A stretch of DNA of 64,000 bases from Aquificaceae bacterium. Lineage in GTDB: Bacteria > Aquificota > Aquificia > Aquificales > Aquificaceae. Below, piece after piece: positions 27,339 to 35,170 of this stretch; positions within the stretch are counted from its first letter, which is position 1, and the number at the start of each line of letters is the position of its first letter. The notes beneath the pieces were generated by a model. The model was given only the letters and a program-made list of their open reading frames with translations. It did no database searches and was not told the DNA's origin. Made by a program: the position numbers and the translations under genes. The stretch is from assembly GCA_037925075.1 (NCBI GenBank), contig JAXSNR010000001.1:736001-800000 (forward strand), given 5' to 3'.

Positions 27339-28954
27339 ATGGAATCTCTGGAAAAGAATGGGTGCTCCTTAGCCATCTGATAAAGCCAGACAGCGACCTA
27401 TCTCAAAGGCTTGGTTTTTTCAAAGCTCAGCTCCTTGCCAACAGAAACCAAAGGGACCTTGAAAGCAGGCTCAATAGACTGATCCCACCCTCCGGCATTC
27501 CAAATATACAGGAGGCGGTTGAACTCATTGTAAGTTATGTCAAAAGCGGTAGAAGAATAGTGGTTTTTGGAGATTACGACGTGGATGGAATAACGGGTAC
27601 AGCCATCCTATATGACCTTCTAAAAAAGGCTGGTGCAAAGGTTTTTCCCCTTCTGCCTTCAAGAAAGAAGGGCTACGGGCTTACAAAGGAGCTTGTAATA
27701 AAACTCAGCAGGTATGCGGACCTTCTTATAACCGTGGATAACGGAAGCACAGCGGTGGAGGAACTGAGCTACTCCACCATACCTACCATAGTGCTTGACC
27801 ATCATAATGTAAGCGAAAATGTGCCAAAGGCTCTTGTGGTAAACCCAAAACTGGGAGAAGACAGGGAACTTAGACACATATCATCCTCTGGGCTTGCCTT
27901 TTATATGTCCATCCTTTTGAGTAAGAGTTTAGACCTTGATTTGGATGTGCGTAACTACCTTCATCTTGCCTCTATGGGAACGGTTGCGGACGTTATGCCC
28001 ATGAACCTCGTTAATAGAATAATTGTCTCCAACGGCATAAGGCTTTTGAACCATGTTCTCAAGGGTAGCCTTCATGCACCGGGTATAAGGCTTTTGATGG
28101 AAAGGTCAGGCATAAGGGAGGAAGTAACCTCAAGGGATATAGCCTTCTCTTTGGCACCTCGGCTTAACGCTCCCGGTAGGGTAGCCAAGCCCTATGTGGC
28201 CCTCAAGCTACTCCTTGAGACCAAAGAGGATAGGGCCAAGTCTCTTGTGGAGAGGATAGACAGGTTAAACCAGTACAGAAAACAGCTAAGCCAGATGGCT
28301 TTTGAGGAAGCTCTCAAGCAAGCTCAAAAGCAAAAGGACCATACTGTTATAATCACCAAACTTGAGGAATGGGCAGGGGGTGTTGCTGGCATAGTGGCGG
28401 GTAGGATATCCGCCCTGTTCGCAAAGCCTTCTGTGGTAATATCCTTAGGTAAGGAGTATTCAAGTGCGTCGGTGAGGGGGGTAGAAGGTACGGATGTGCA
28501 TTCCATCCTAAAAAGGATGTCCCATCTGTTCATAAAATGGGGTGGGCATTCCACCGCCGCAGGTTTTACCATAAGAACGCAGGATATATCCCACTTTGAA
28601 AGCCTCGCAAGGTACTTTTTCTCAGAGCTTCCCTCAGAGGAAGGCAAGCTGTACATAGACATGGCTCTTCCCTTGGCTTGTGTAAACCAAGAGCTCTACG
28701 ACGCCATAAGAGACCTTGAGCCTTACGGTGAGGGTTTTCCAGAACCTCTTTTTATGTCGGAGCCTTTGAACCTGAAGTTGGTAGGGGGTAGCAAGGAAAG
28801 AATGTGTTTAAAAGCGGACAATTTTAGCTTGCTTTCTTGGGATAGCATCATAAACGAGAAGCTTTACACTTTTAACTCAAAGCCCAGAAGAATAGTCTAC
28901 CAGTTAGACAGAAGAAGGCCCAACACGCTTGTGCTGGTGGATGTGGAGGCTTAG
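27335..28954 (+). CDS. recJ: Single-stranded DNA exonuclease RecJ (DHH family)
   Basis: GDYDVDG, ITVDNG, LDHH, GTVADV, APRLNA.GR, GGHSTAAG, LEPYGEG. Confidence 0.9.
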   Translation: MNGISGKEWVLLSHLIKPDSDLSQRLGFFKAQLLANRNQRDLESRLNRLIPPSGIPNIQEAVELIVSYVKSGRRIVVFGDYDVDGITGTAILYDLLKKAGAKVFPLLPSRKKGYGLTKELVIKLSRYADLLITVDNGSTAVEELSYSTIPTIVLDHHNVSENVPKALVVNPKLGEDRELRHISSSGLAFYMSILLSKSLDLDLDVRNYLHLASMGTVADVMPMNLVNRIIVSNGIRLLNHVLKGSLHAPGIRLLMERSGIREEVTSRDIAFSLAPRLNAPGRVAKPYVALKLLLETKEDRAKSLVERIDRLNQYRKQLSQMAFEEALKQAQKQKDHTVIITKLEEWAGGVAGIVAGRISALFAKPSVVISLGKEYSSASVRGVEGTDVHSILKRMSHLFIKWGGHSTAAGFTIRTQDISHFESLARYFFSELPSEEGKLYIDMALPLACVNQELYDAIRDLEPYGEGFPEPLFMSEPLNLKLVGGSKERMCLKADNFSLLSWDSIINEKLYTFNSKPRRIVYQLDRRRPNTLVLVDVEA

Positions 28955-29446
28955 GTGGCTCTCGGAAAAGGTCACGACTTTGTAAACCTCCTTGCCCTTC
29001 CCGCATGCCTTTACTTTGTGCCAAGAGAGTTTTTCTTTCCCTTTACCGCAGGGTATCTTGTAGGAACTTTCCTTTTGTCTCCAGACCTTGACCTTCCTTA
29101 CTCAAAGCCTTCCAGAAGATGGAAAACTCTAAAGTTTATCTGGATGCCTTATCAGGTTTTCTCAAGGCATAGAGGTGCATCTCATGTGCCAATTCTTGGA
29201 ACTTTCCTAAGACTTGCCTATTTTTCGTTGACTCTTTTGTTTCTTTACTTTGTCTTGCTTGGTTTTTCCTCCAAATATGTGCCTGCTCTAAAAGACCTTC
29301 TCCTTAGCTTTGACATCTTTGAGCTTTTCTCAAGGCTTGCCAAAAGGGAAGAAATCTTTTACTTTGCTCTTGGAGTTGTTATTTCTGAGGTTTTTCATGT
29401 TTTCCTTGACCTTTTGACTAGCTTGCTCAAAAGGTTTAAAATATAG
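28955..29446 (+). CDS. DUF2227-family putative metal-binding membrane protein
   Basis: GKGHD, LSPDLD, WMPY...HRGASH, final H..D motif. Confidence 0.8.
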   Translation: MALGKGHDFVNLLALPACLYFVPREFFFPFTAGYLVGTFLLSPDLDLPYSKPSRRWKTLKFIWMPYQVFSRHRGASHVPILGTFLRLAYFSLTLLFLYFVLLGFSSKYVPALKDLLLSFDIFELFSRLAKREEIFYFALGVVISEVFHVFLDLLTSLLKRFKI

Positions 29447-29448
29447 CT

Positions 29449-30003
29449 GTGAGACTTCTAATACTTGCCTCCCAATCAAAAAGGAGGGTTCAGATACTCA
29501 GCATGCTTGGTTTTAAGTTTCAAGTAGTGCCCTCCTATGTGGAAGAGGGACACAGTGGTAAGCCGGTGCTTACCGCAAGAAGACTTGCCTTCAAAAAGGC
29601 TTTCGCTGTATGGAAGGACTACAAGTTTGCCACCGTGCTTGGGGCGGACACGATAGTGGTCCTTGGAAGGGAGATACTTGGAAAGCCAAGGGATAGGGAG
29701 GAAGCCGTAGAAATCTTGGCCAAGCTATCGGGAAGATGGCACAGGGTCATAACTGGGGTTTGTGTGCTTTCTCCAAAGGGGAAGTATAGCTTTCATGATA
29801 CCGCATGGGTAAAGTTTAGACCCATGAGCCTAAGAGAAATCCAAAGCTATGTGGAAACGGGAGAGCCTATGGACAAGGCGGGGGCTTACGCGGTTCAAGG
29901 CATGGGTGCGCGGTTTGTGGAGAAGATAATAGGCGATTTTTACACGGTTATGGGGCTTCCCGCAAGCAAAACCTACGAGGTACTAAAGGATGTTTTGGAT
30001 TAG
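29449..30003 (+). CDS. maf: Maf/YhdE nucleoside triphosphate pyrophosphatase
   Basis: LILASQSKRR, GADTIV, GKP, LSGRWHRVITG, DKAGAY, VMGLP. Confidence 0.93.
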   Translation: MRLLILASQSKRRVQILSMLGFKFQVVPSYVEEGHSGKPVLTARRLAFKKAFAVWKDYKFATVLGADTIVVLGREILGKPRDREEAVEILAKLSGRWHRVITGVCVLSPKGKYSFHDTAWVKFRPMSLREIQSYVETGEPMDKAGAYAVQGMGARFVEKIIGDFYTVMGLPASKTYEVLKDVLD

Positions 30004-30109
30004 CTTGTTTATGCTGTTCTTGTGTGGTTGTTCCGCTGTGGTAAGTCAAAGGGAAGGAGATGTGGAAATAGGCGGAGGAGTTCAGATACAAATACAACAT
30101 AGGAGGTAA
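29990..30109 (+). CDS. 39-aa small lipoprotein absent from the ORF track (MFWISLFMLFLCGCSAVVSQREGDVEIGGGVQIQIQHRR)
   Basis: ATG 29990 to TAA 30107-30109; hydrophobic signal with LCG-C lipobox; GAGG upstream; fills the maf-redoxin gap. Confidence 0.6.
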   Translation: MFWISLFMLFLCGCSAVVSQREGDVEIGGGVQIQIQHRR

Positions 30110-30112
30110 GAT

Positions 30113-30613
30113 ATGCCCTTAAAGGTTGGAGAAAAGGCTAAGGACTTTGAGCTTTCTGATGTGGATGGAAGTTTTCACTCCTTGGCGGAGACGGAAGGTT
30201 ATAGGCTATTGGTTTTTTACAAGGTTACCTGTCCAACCTGCCAACTAACACTGCCCTTTGTGGAAAAGCTATACGGGCTTTACGGACATAAGATTACCTT
30301 CTGGGGCATAGCTCAAGACCCAGACCACGCGGTGCATGATTTTGCCAAGACCTACGGGCTTACCTTCCCACAGCTTATAGACTATCCAGACTATGCGGTA
30401 TCTGTGGATTACCATGTGCAGGTGGTACCGACCATATACCTGATAAACCCACAGGGAATTATAGAGTTTGTGAGCTACTCTTTTGTAAAGGCTGAAATCC
30501 AAAAGCTTACAGAAAAGTTGTCTCATATTGCGGAGAAGCCCTTTGAGGATGTTTTTTCAGGTCAGCGTGTGCCTGAATTAAAGCCCGGCTGAGGCTCAAG
30601 AAGTAGGCGTTAG
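30113..30613 (+). CDS. AhpC/TSA-TlpA family redoxin (CPTC), probably a selenoprotein with C-terminal KPG-U-GSRSRR after readthrough of TGA 30590-30592
   Basis: Thioredoxin fold (LKVGEKAKDFEL, CPTC, VPTIYLI); in-frame TGA followed directly by a long hairpin; next stop TAG 30611-30613. The CDS is secure; Sec recoding is inferred. Confidence 0.75.
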
Positions 30614-30629
30614 GCTAACGCTATGAGCT
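30593..30629 (+). promoter_or_regulatory. Candidate bacterial SECIS element
   Basis: GCTCA(30594-98) pairs with TGAGC(30624-28); upper stem GCGTT/AACGC closes an AGGCT loop 19 nt after the UGA. Confidence 0.65.
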
Positions 30630-31303
30630 GTGATAGGTTAAAGGAGGTAGAAGAGAGAATTCAATGGGCTTGCCAGCGTGCGGGCAGAAAAAGGGAAGAG
30701 GTATTGCTACTGGGAGCTTCAAAGTCTGTTCCGTCGGAAAGAATAAGGGAGTTTTTTAACTGTGGGCTTAAGGTCTTTGGTGAAAACCGAGTTCAGGAGT
30801 TTTTGAAAAAGTACGAGGACCTAAAGGACCTTCCCATAGACTGGCATTTTATAGGAAGGCTTCAGAGCAACAAGGTTAAATACATCATAGACAAGGTAAG
30901 CCTTGTGCATTCCCTTGACAGGGAAAGCTTGTTGGAGGAGCTTCAAAAAAGGGCTGAAGGGCTTGGAAAGGTCCAAGAGGTCCTCATAGAGGTCAATGTG
31001 GGGGGTGAGGAAACAAAGGGTGGCGTTGAGCCAAAGGCTCTAAAGGAATTCTTTGAAAAGTGCCTAAAGGCAAAAAATATTAAGGTGCTTGGTCTTATGT
31101 GCATTCCTCCTTACAGGAAAAACCCAGAAGAAGTACGTCCCTACTTTGCCCTTTTGAGAAGGCTCAGGCAAGAACTGGAGGAGGAGTTTAACCTAAGGCT
31201 TCCTCACCTTTCCATGGGCATGTCCCACGACTTTGAGACAGCAATAGAAGAGGGAGCCACCATAGTAAGAGTAGGAACTTTACTCTTTGGAAGCAGGGTT
31301 TAA
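30623..31303 (+). CDS. yggS: PLP homeostasis protein (YggS/PROSC)
   Basis: FGENRVQE, WHFIGRLQSNK, GLMCIPP, LSMGMSHDF..AIEEGATIVRVGT. Confidence 0.95.
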   Translation: MSCDRLKEVEERIQWACQRAGRKREEVLLLGASKSVPSERIREFFNCGLKVFGENRVQEFLKKYEDLKDLPIDWHFIGRLQSNKVKYIIDKVSLVHSLDRESLLEELQKRAEGLGKVQEVLIEVNVGGEETKGGVEPKALKEFFEKCLKAKNIKVLGLMCIPPYRKNPEEVRPYFALLRRLRQELEEEFNLRLPHLSMGMSHDFETAIEEGATIVRVGTLLFGSRV

Positions 31304-32296
31304 ATAAACCTCCCTTACTGGGAAGGGTATCCTTATGCCCTCCTCTTCGTATCTCCTTTTGAGCCTTTTTATAAACTCGTGCCTGAGAAGGTGCTGACTT
31401 TCAAAGTCTTTGGCCCTGAGTATCACGTTGAAGTTTATGGAAAAGTCTCCAAAAGAAGTGTATCGCACCCTTGGCTCAAAGTCTGGCACTCCCCCTTCCA
31501 CTTCTCTTTGTACCTGTCTTGCCACTTCAAGGGTAGTCCTTTCCACCTTTTCCAGATCGCTCTCATAAGATACACCTACCGGTACTATCACATTTAGCTC
31601 TGGCTGTGGCATATGAAAGTTGGTAATTATGGAGGTAGAAAGCTTGGAGTTGGGTACTATTATGAGGTTGTTAGTCGGATGGCGTAGTATGGTGTTCCTC
31701 CAAGTGATGTCTTCCACAAAGCCCTCTTCACCGCTCTGAAGCCTTATGTAGTCCCCTACCTTTATCTGCCTTGCGATAAGCACATGAAAACCCGCAAAGA
31801 GGTTTTCAAGGGTATCCCTCAGGGCAAGTGCCACAGCCAAGCCTCCCACACCAAGGGCTGTAAGGATAGGGGTTATAGCTATACCAATCTTGTCAAGAGC
31901 GACCAGAAAGCCTATAACATACACAAGAACACTAACAACCTGCACCACAAGAGAAGTTACCGGCAAATCTTCCCTGTATCTGCTTAGGTACAGTTTAATA
32001 AGGCCACCCAAGAGCCTTGAAAGAAAAAGGGTTAAAGATAGCACAAAGAGAACCCAAAGGACCTTGTCCTTAACCAGAATAATACCTCTTGGTAGTTTAA
32101 GCTCCTCTGAGATCAGATACAGTGCAATAAGTAAAGACCAGAGGGTGGGCATAAACCTAAGAGTGTCTATTAGTATATTGCCCCACTTCCAAGGGCTTCT
32201 TTCCGCGAGTTTTCTAAGTTTGTAAAATAGTACCCTTTCTACAACAAAGCCCAGTGCGGGTAATAAGATAAGTACCAAAAGCCAAATAAGGTCCAT
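31280..32296 (-). CDS. Small-conductance mechanosensitive channel (MscS family)
   Basis: LGVGGLAVALALRDTLENLFAG, GDYI, VPNS, VGVSYESDL, GIRIPFP; start moved to ATG 32296. Confidence 0.92.
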   Translation of the reverse strand: MDLIWLLVLILLPALGFVVERVLFYKLRKLAERSPWKWGNILIDTLRFMPTLWSLLIALYLISEELKLPRGIILVKDKVLWVLFVLSLTLFLSRLLGGLIKLYLSRYREDLPVTSLVVQVVSVLVYVIGFLVALDKIGIAITPILTALGVGGLAVALALRDTLENLFAGFHVLIARQIKVGDYIRLQSGEEGFVEDITWRNTILRHPTNNLIIVPNSKLSTSIITNFHMPQPELNVIVPVGVSYESDLEKVERTTLEVARQVQREVEGGVPDFEPRVRYTSFGDFSINFNVILRAKDFESQHLLRHEFIKRLKRRYEEEGIRIPFPVREVYLNPASKE

Positions 32297-32315
32297 GAGA
32301 TAAATTTTAAACGGG

Positions 32316-32333
32316 GGCGGGCGGGTGCCCGCC
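32316..32333 (-). terminator. GC-rich hairpin just after the bd-like operon, possible terminator
   Basis: GGCGGGC-N4-GCCCGCC perfect 7-bp stem 8 nt after the stop; the U-tract is weak and offset. Confidence 0.5.
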
Positions 32334-32341
32334 AAAAGGTT

Positions 32342-33664
32342 TTATATATAGTTTTTAGCAATGATAATCAGGCCTGTACCTATGAAGACAATAGCCCAAA
32401 GGATTACTATAAACACGGAGACTTCACCTAAATGGTGTTCTGTTTCATTTGCCTGATAGACCTCACCCTTTGGTGTTTTTCCTGCTTTGTATGCCATCCA
32501 CCAAGCGTAGGCATATAGGACAAGGCCTGTAAGGGTTGTTCCCAAAAAGAGCATTGGGCTAAGCCATTCAAGGCTTAGCTTGTATTCGTATATGGAATAG
32601 CCAAAGCGTGAGGTAGAAGCGACCCTTAAATATTCCCTAAAGACCGCTATAAGAAGGGTTGCGACAGTGCCGGCGACGAGGGAAGGGACCGCCATACCTA
32701 TTGGGTTTTTCTGGGCTATGGATATAACACCCGCACAGAGCAAGAGCCCAAGGACAGAAAGCCATGTAAAGATGCTACCTTTTGCCTGCCATTCGGTAGG
32801 TAGAGAAAGGATGTAAAGTATGTGAAAGGCTATCCATCCTATACCACCAAAGAGGGCAAGCCTTGCTCCAAGCCTTGCGGAAAAGTCTATATATTCTTTG
32901 TCAAAGTCAGGTCTTTTGCCAAAATGCCATGCATAAAGCGTCATAAACACGCCAACGACCGAGACTGAAGGAAAGACGAGCAGGGAAATGTATCTAAACA
33001 GATTAAAGGCGTATATGTTCCAACCGCTGTGGTTCATAGTGGTCCCGCCGGAGGTGTACCACTCCACCCACTTTTCTGGATACAAAGACTGATAATTGAC
33101 CACATGGATTATAAAGCCCACAAGAAGCAAAAAGACAACACCACCCACAGAGAAAAGGGTGGCAACCTGAGGCTTCATCCTTGTAAAGTACGCACCCCAT
33201 ATAAGGTAGTAGCCCACAAGGAGGGAAACTATAAACATCATATACCAACTGGCGGAAAGGTTGGCGGAGGCGTACCAAAGGGGGTCGTATATGACCTGAT
33301 AGAAAAGTAGCGGTGCCACACCCAAAACTATGGCGAGAGAAACAGAAACCTTTGAAAGCTCCAACATAGCCTTAGCAAGTCTTTGGTGTTTTTCATCCTT
33401 TTTTGTAAAGCCGTATATGGCATAAAAGAGCCCACCCACAGAAACCCAGACAAAAAGTATGTGTAAAGCCCATGTGAGAACCTGTAGGATTTGCATAACC
33501 ACTGGGAAGAAGGGGGAGCCGGCGGGGTCCGCCATAGCCTTTAGCATGGCACCCACCTCTGCGGGAGACTGCTTGGCAAAAACCAGCCTACCACCAAGAA
33601 GCATAAGAGCCAACACACTTAGCAAGAACCACCTTGTGAGGCTTTGATACATTGCCATGCCCAT
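32342..33664 (-). CDS. Cytochrome bd-superfamily second subunit (CydA'-like membrane protein)
   Basis: Multi-TM; LTWALHILFV, LGVAPLLFYQVIY and FREYLR echo the CydA fold; co-oriented with the upstream CydA-like gene. Confidence 0.65.
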   Translation of the reverse strand: MGMAMYQSLTRWFLLSVLALMLLGGRLVFAKQSPAEVGAMLKAMADPAGSPFFPVVMQILQVLTWALHILFVWVSVGGLFYAIYGFTKKDEKHQRLAKAMLELSKVSVSLAIVLGVAPLLFYQVIYDPLWYASANLSASWYMMFIVSLLVGYYLIWGAYFTRMKPQVATLFSVGGVVFLLLVGFIIHVVNYQSLYPEKWVEWYTSGGTTMNHSGWNIYAFNLFRYISLLVFPSVSVVGVFMTLYAWHFGKRPDFDKEYIDFSARLGARLALFGGIGWIAFHILYILSLPTEWQAKGSIFTWLSVLGLLLCAGVISIAQKNPIGMAVPSLVAGTVATLLIAVFREYLRVASTSRFGYSIYEYKLSLEWLSPMLFLGTTLTGLVLYAYAWWMAYKAGKTPKGEVYQANETEHHLGEVSVFIVILWAIVFIGTGLIIIAKNYI

Positions 33665-33676
33665 GTTTATACCTCC

Positions 33677-35083
33677 TTATTTTTGTACTGTATATGCAGG
33701 CACCTCTATCTTGGCGGAGACTCTTCCGCCTTTGGACATCATGTCCGCAATATAGGCGGATAGGGCTTTGAGTTCTTCATCTGTGCCTACAAAGTAGGGC
33801 ATGTATGGAGGATGTGCCTGAGGTGTAAGGTAGTTGGAAAGGAAGCCATAGACCGCATCCTCTGAGGTCATTCCCTCAAACTTCTTACCAAAGGGTCTTA
33901 GACCGGAGCTACCGGTCACATTGTGGCATCCAGAACATTGTAGTATGGCAACGGCTTTACCAGCCATTATCTTGTTTTCCGGTGTTATGGTTTTTAGACC
34001 CTCGGGCACAAAGGGATTTACCTTTAGAAAGCCCTTTTCCTTTATTGTGCTTACCTCAGATTTTATACCCTTTGCGGGTACATCCCTTGCTATAACCTGA
34101 TTGACCCAAATAAACTCACCAGCCACGTAGGGCTTACGAAGGGTTTCTCTTATCTTCTCTTCAGGATACACACCCATGAAGAAGATAAGTGCATACACAG
34201 GATAGGCTATGTACGGCTTTGCAAAGGTTGGTCTTATGGTGGTTATCATAAAGTGTGCCAAAAGCACCAAAAGTATGGCAAATATAAGTCCATAATACCA
34301 CTTGGGAACTATTCCAGAGAGCATTAACAGGCTTCTTTCTGGTAGTGTGGATACGTACCATGCAAAAAACATACTTCCAAACACAATACCGCCAATGCCC
34401 CAGTAGGACATGGTTTTGACTATGTCCTTATAGACCTTTTCGGGCACATCCCTTTTCATAAGGCTTGCTATGGCTATGCCTATGGTGCCCGCTAAGGCAA
34501 TCATGAAGGAGCTTCTCATAAGAAGGTGTGGGAAGTAGTTTTTGTTATAAAAGGCGTCAAGTATGCTTCCTGTAACAAACCATTTTTCATGCCCCGGTGA
34601 GAGCATAAAGGAGAGTATCCCAACTATTATGTACATGGTTGCCCAAGAGCCTATAGCAAAGGTCCAAGCAAGCCTTAGCCAGCTCCTCTGGTCAATCCTA
34701 CCAAGAGTGTAGTAGAGTATATAAACGAGAGTGACCTCCGCAATAAACCATATCCACTCCGCAGCCCAGACCCAGACAAAGTTGTGAATGAGAGCGGAAA
34801 TGCCCCTTGGGTTTGCGACTGTTGCGGAAAACCATATACCGGGACCTGTGATGGAACCAGAAACGTAGGAAAAGACCAGAAGCGCCAAAAGATACCTCTT
34901 GATGTAGTCGTAGATCTGTGGGATGTTTTCCCGGTAGGCTTTTGTCGCAAGGTATGCCAGCAAAATGGACGCACCCACAGAAGTGTGGGAAGCCAAGACG
35001 TGAAAAGAGGCTATGATGGCGATGACGGACGCACTACCTATAACGGGCACGTACCACATGGGCTGAAAGCCAAGCACATCCAT
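33677..35083 (-). CDS. Cytochrome bd subunit I-like protein fused to a C-terminal c-type cytochrome
   Basis: FHVLASHTSVG, WAAEWIWFIAE, PHLLMR, EKIRETLRKPY, and heme c motif CSGCH with distal YMP. Confidence 0.8.
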   Translation of the reverse strand: MDVLGFQPMWYVPVIGSASVIAIIASFHVLASHTSVGASILLAYLATKAYRENIPQIYDYIKRYLLALLVFSYVSGSITGPGIWFSATVANPRGISALIHNFVWVWAAEWIWFIAEVTLVYILYYTLGRIDQRSWLRLAWTFAIGSWATMYIIVGILSFMLSPGHEKWFVTGSILDAFYNKNYFPHLLMRSSFMIALAGTIGIAIASLMKRDVPEKVYKDIVKTMSYWGIGGIVFGSMFFAWYVSTLPERSLLMLSGIVPKWYYGLIFAILLVLLAHFMITTIRPTFAKPYIAYPVYALIFFMGVYPEEKIRETLRKPYVAGEFIWVNQVIARDVPAKGIKSEVSTIKEKGFLKVNPFVPEGLKTITPENKIMAGKAVAILQCSGCHNVTGSSGLRPFGKKFEGMTSEDAVYGFLSNYLTPQAHPPYMPYFVGTDEELKALSAYIADMMSKGGRVSAKIEVPAYTVQK

Positions 35084-35122
35084 GTTTGCACCTCCTGTGA
35101 AACTTTTGTTTAACTTAACATT

Positions 35123-35150
35123 AATATAACATGATATTTATCATTGTCAA
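35123..35150 (-). promoter_or_regulatory. Sigma70-type promoter of the bd-like operon with a palindromic operator in the spacer
   Basis: Minus strand TTGACA-16 nt-TATATT; spacer contains the inverted repeat ATGATA-TT-TATCAT (35131-35144). Confidence 0.6.
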
Positions 35151-35170
35151 GGGGTTTGTATAATAACCTT

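Noticed and set aside
29449..30003. Link between this maf gene and the Maf glycosyltransferase at 1597-3567
   Set aside because: Name coincidence only: one is a nucleotide pyrophosphatase, the other a motility-associated factor
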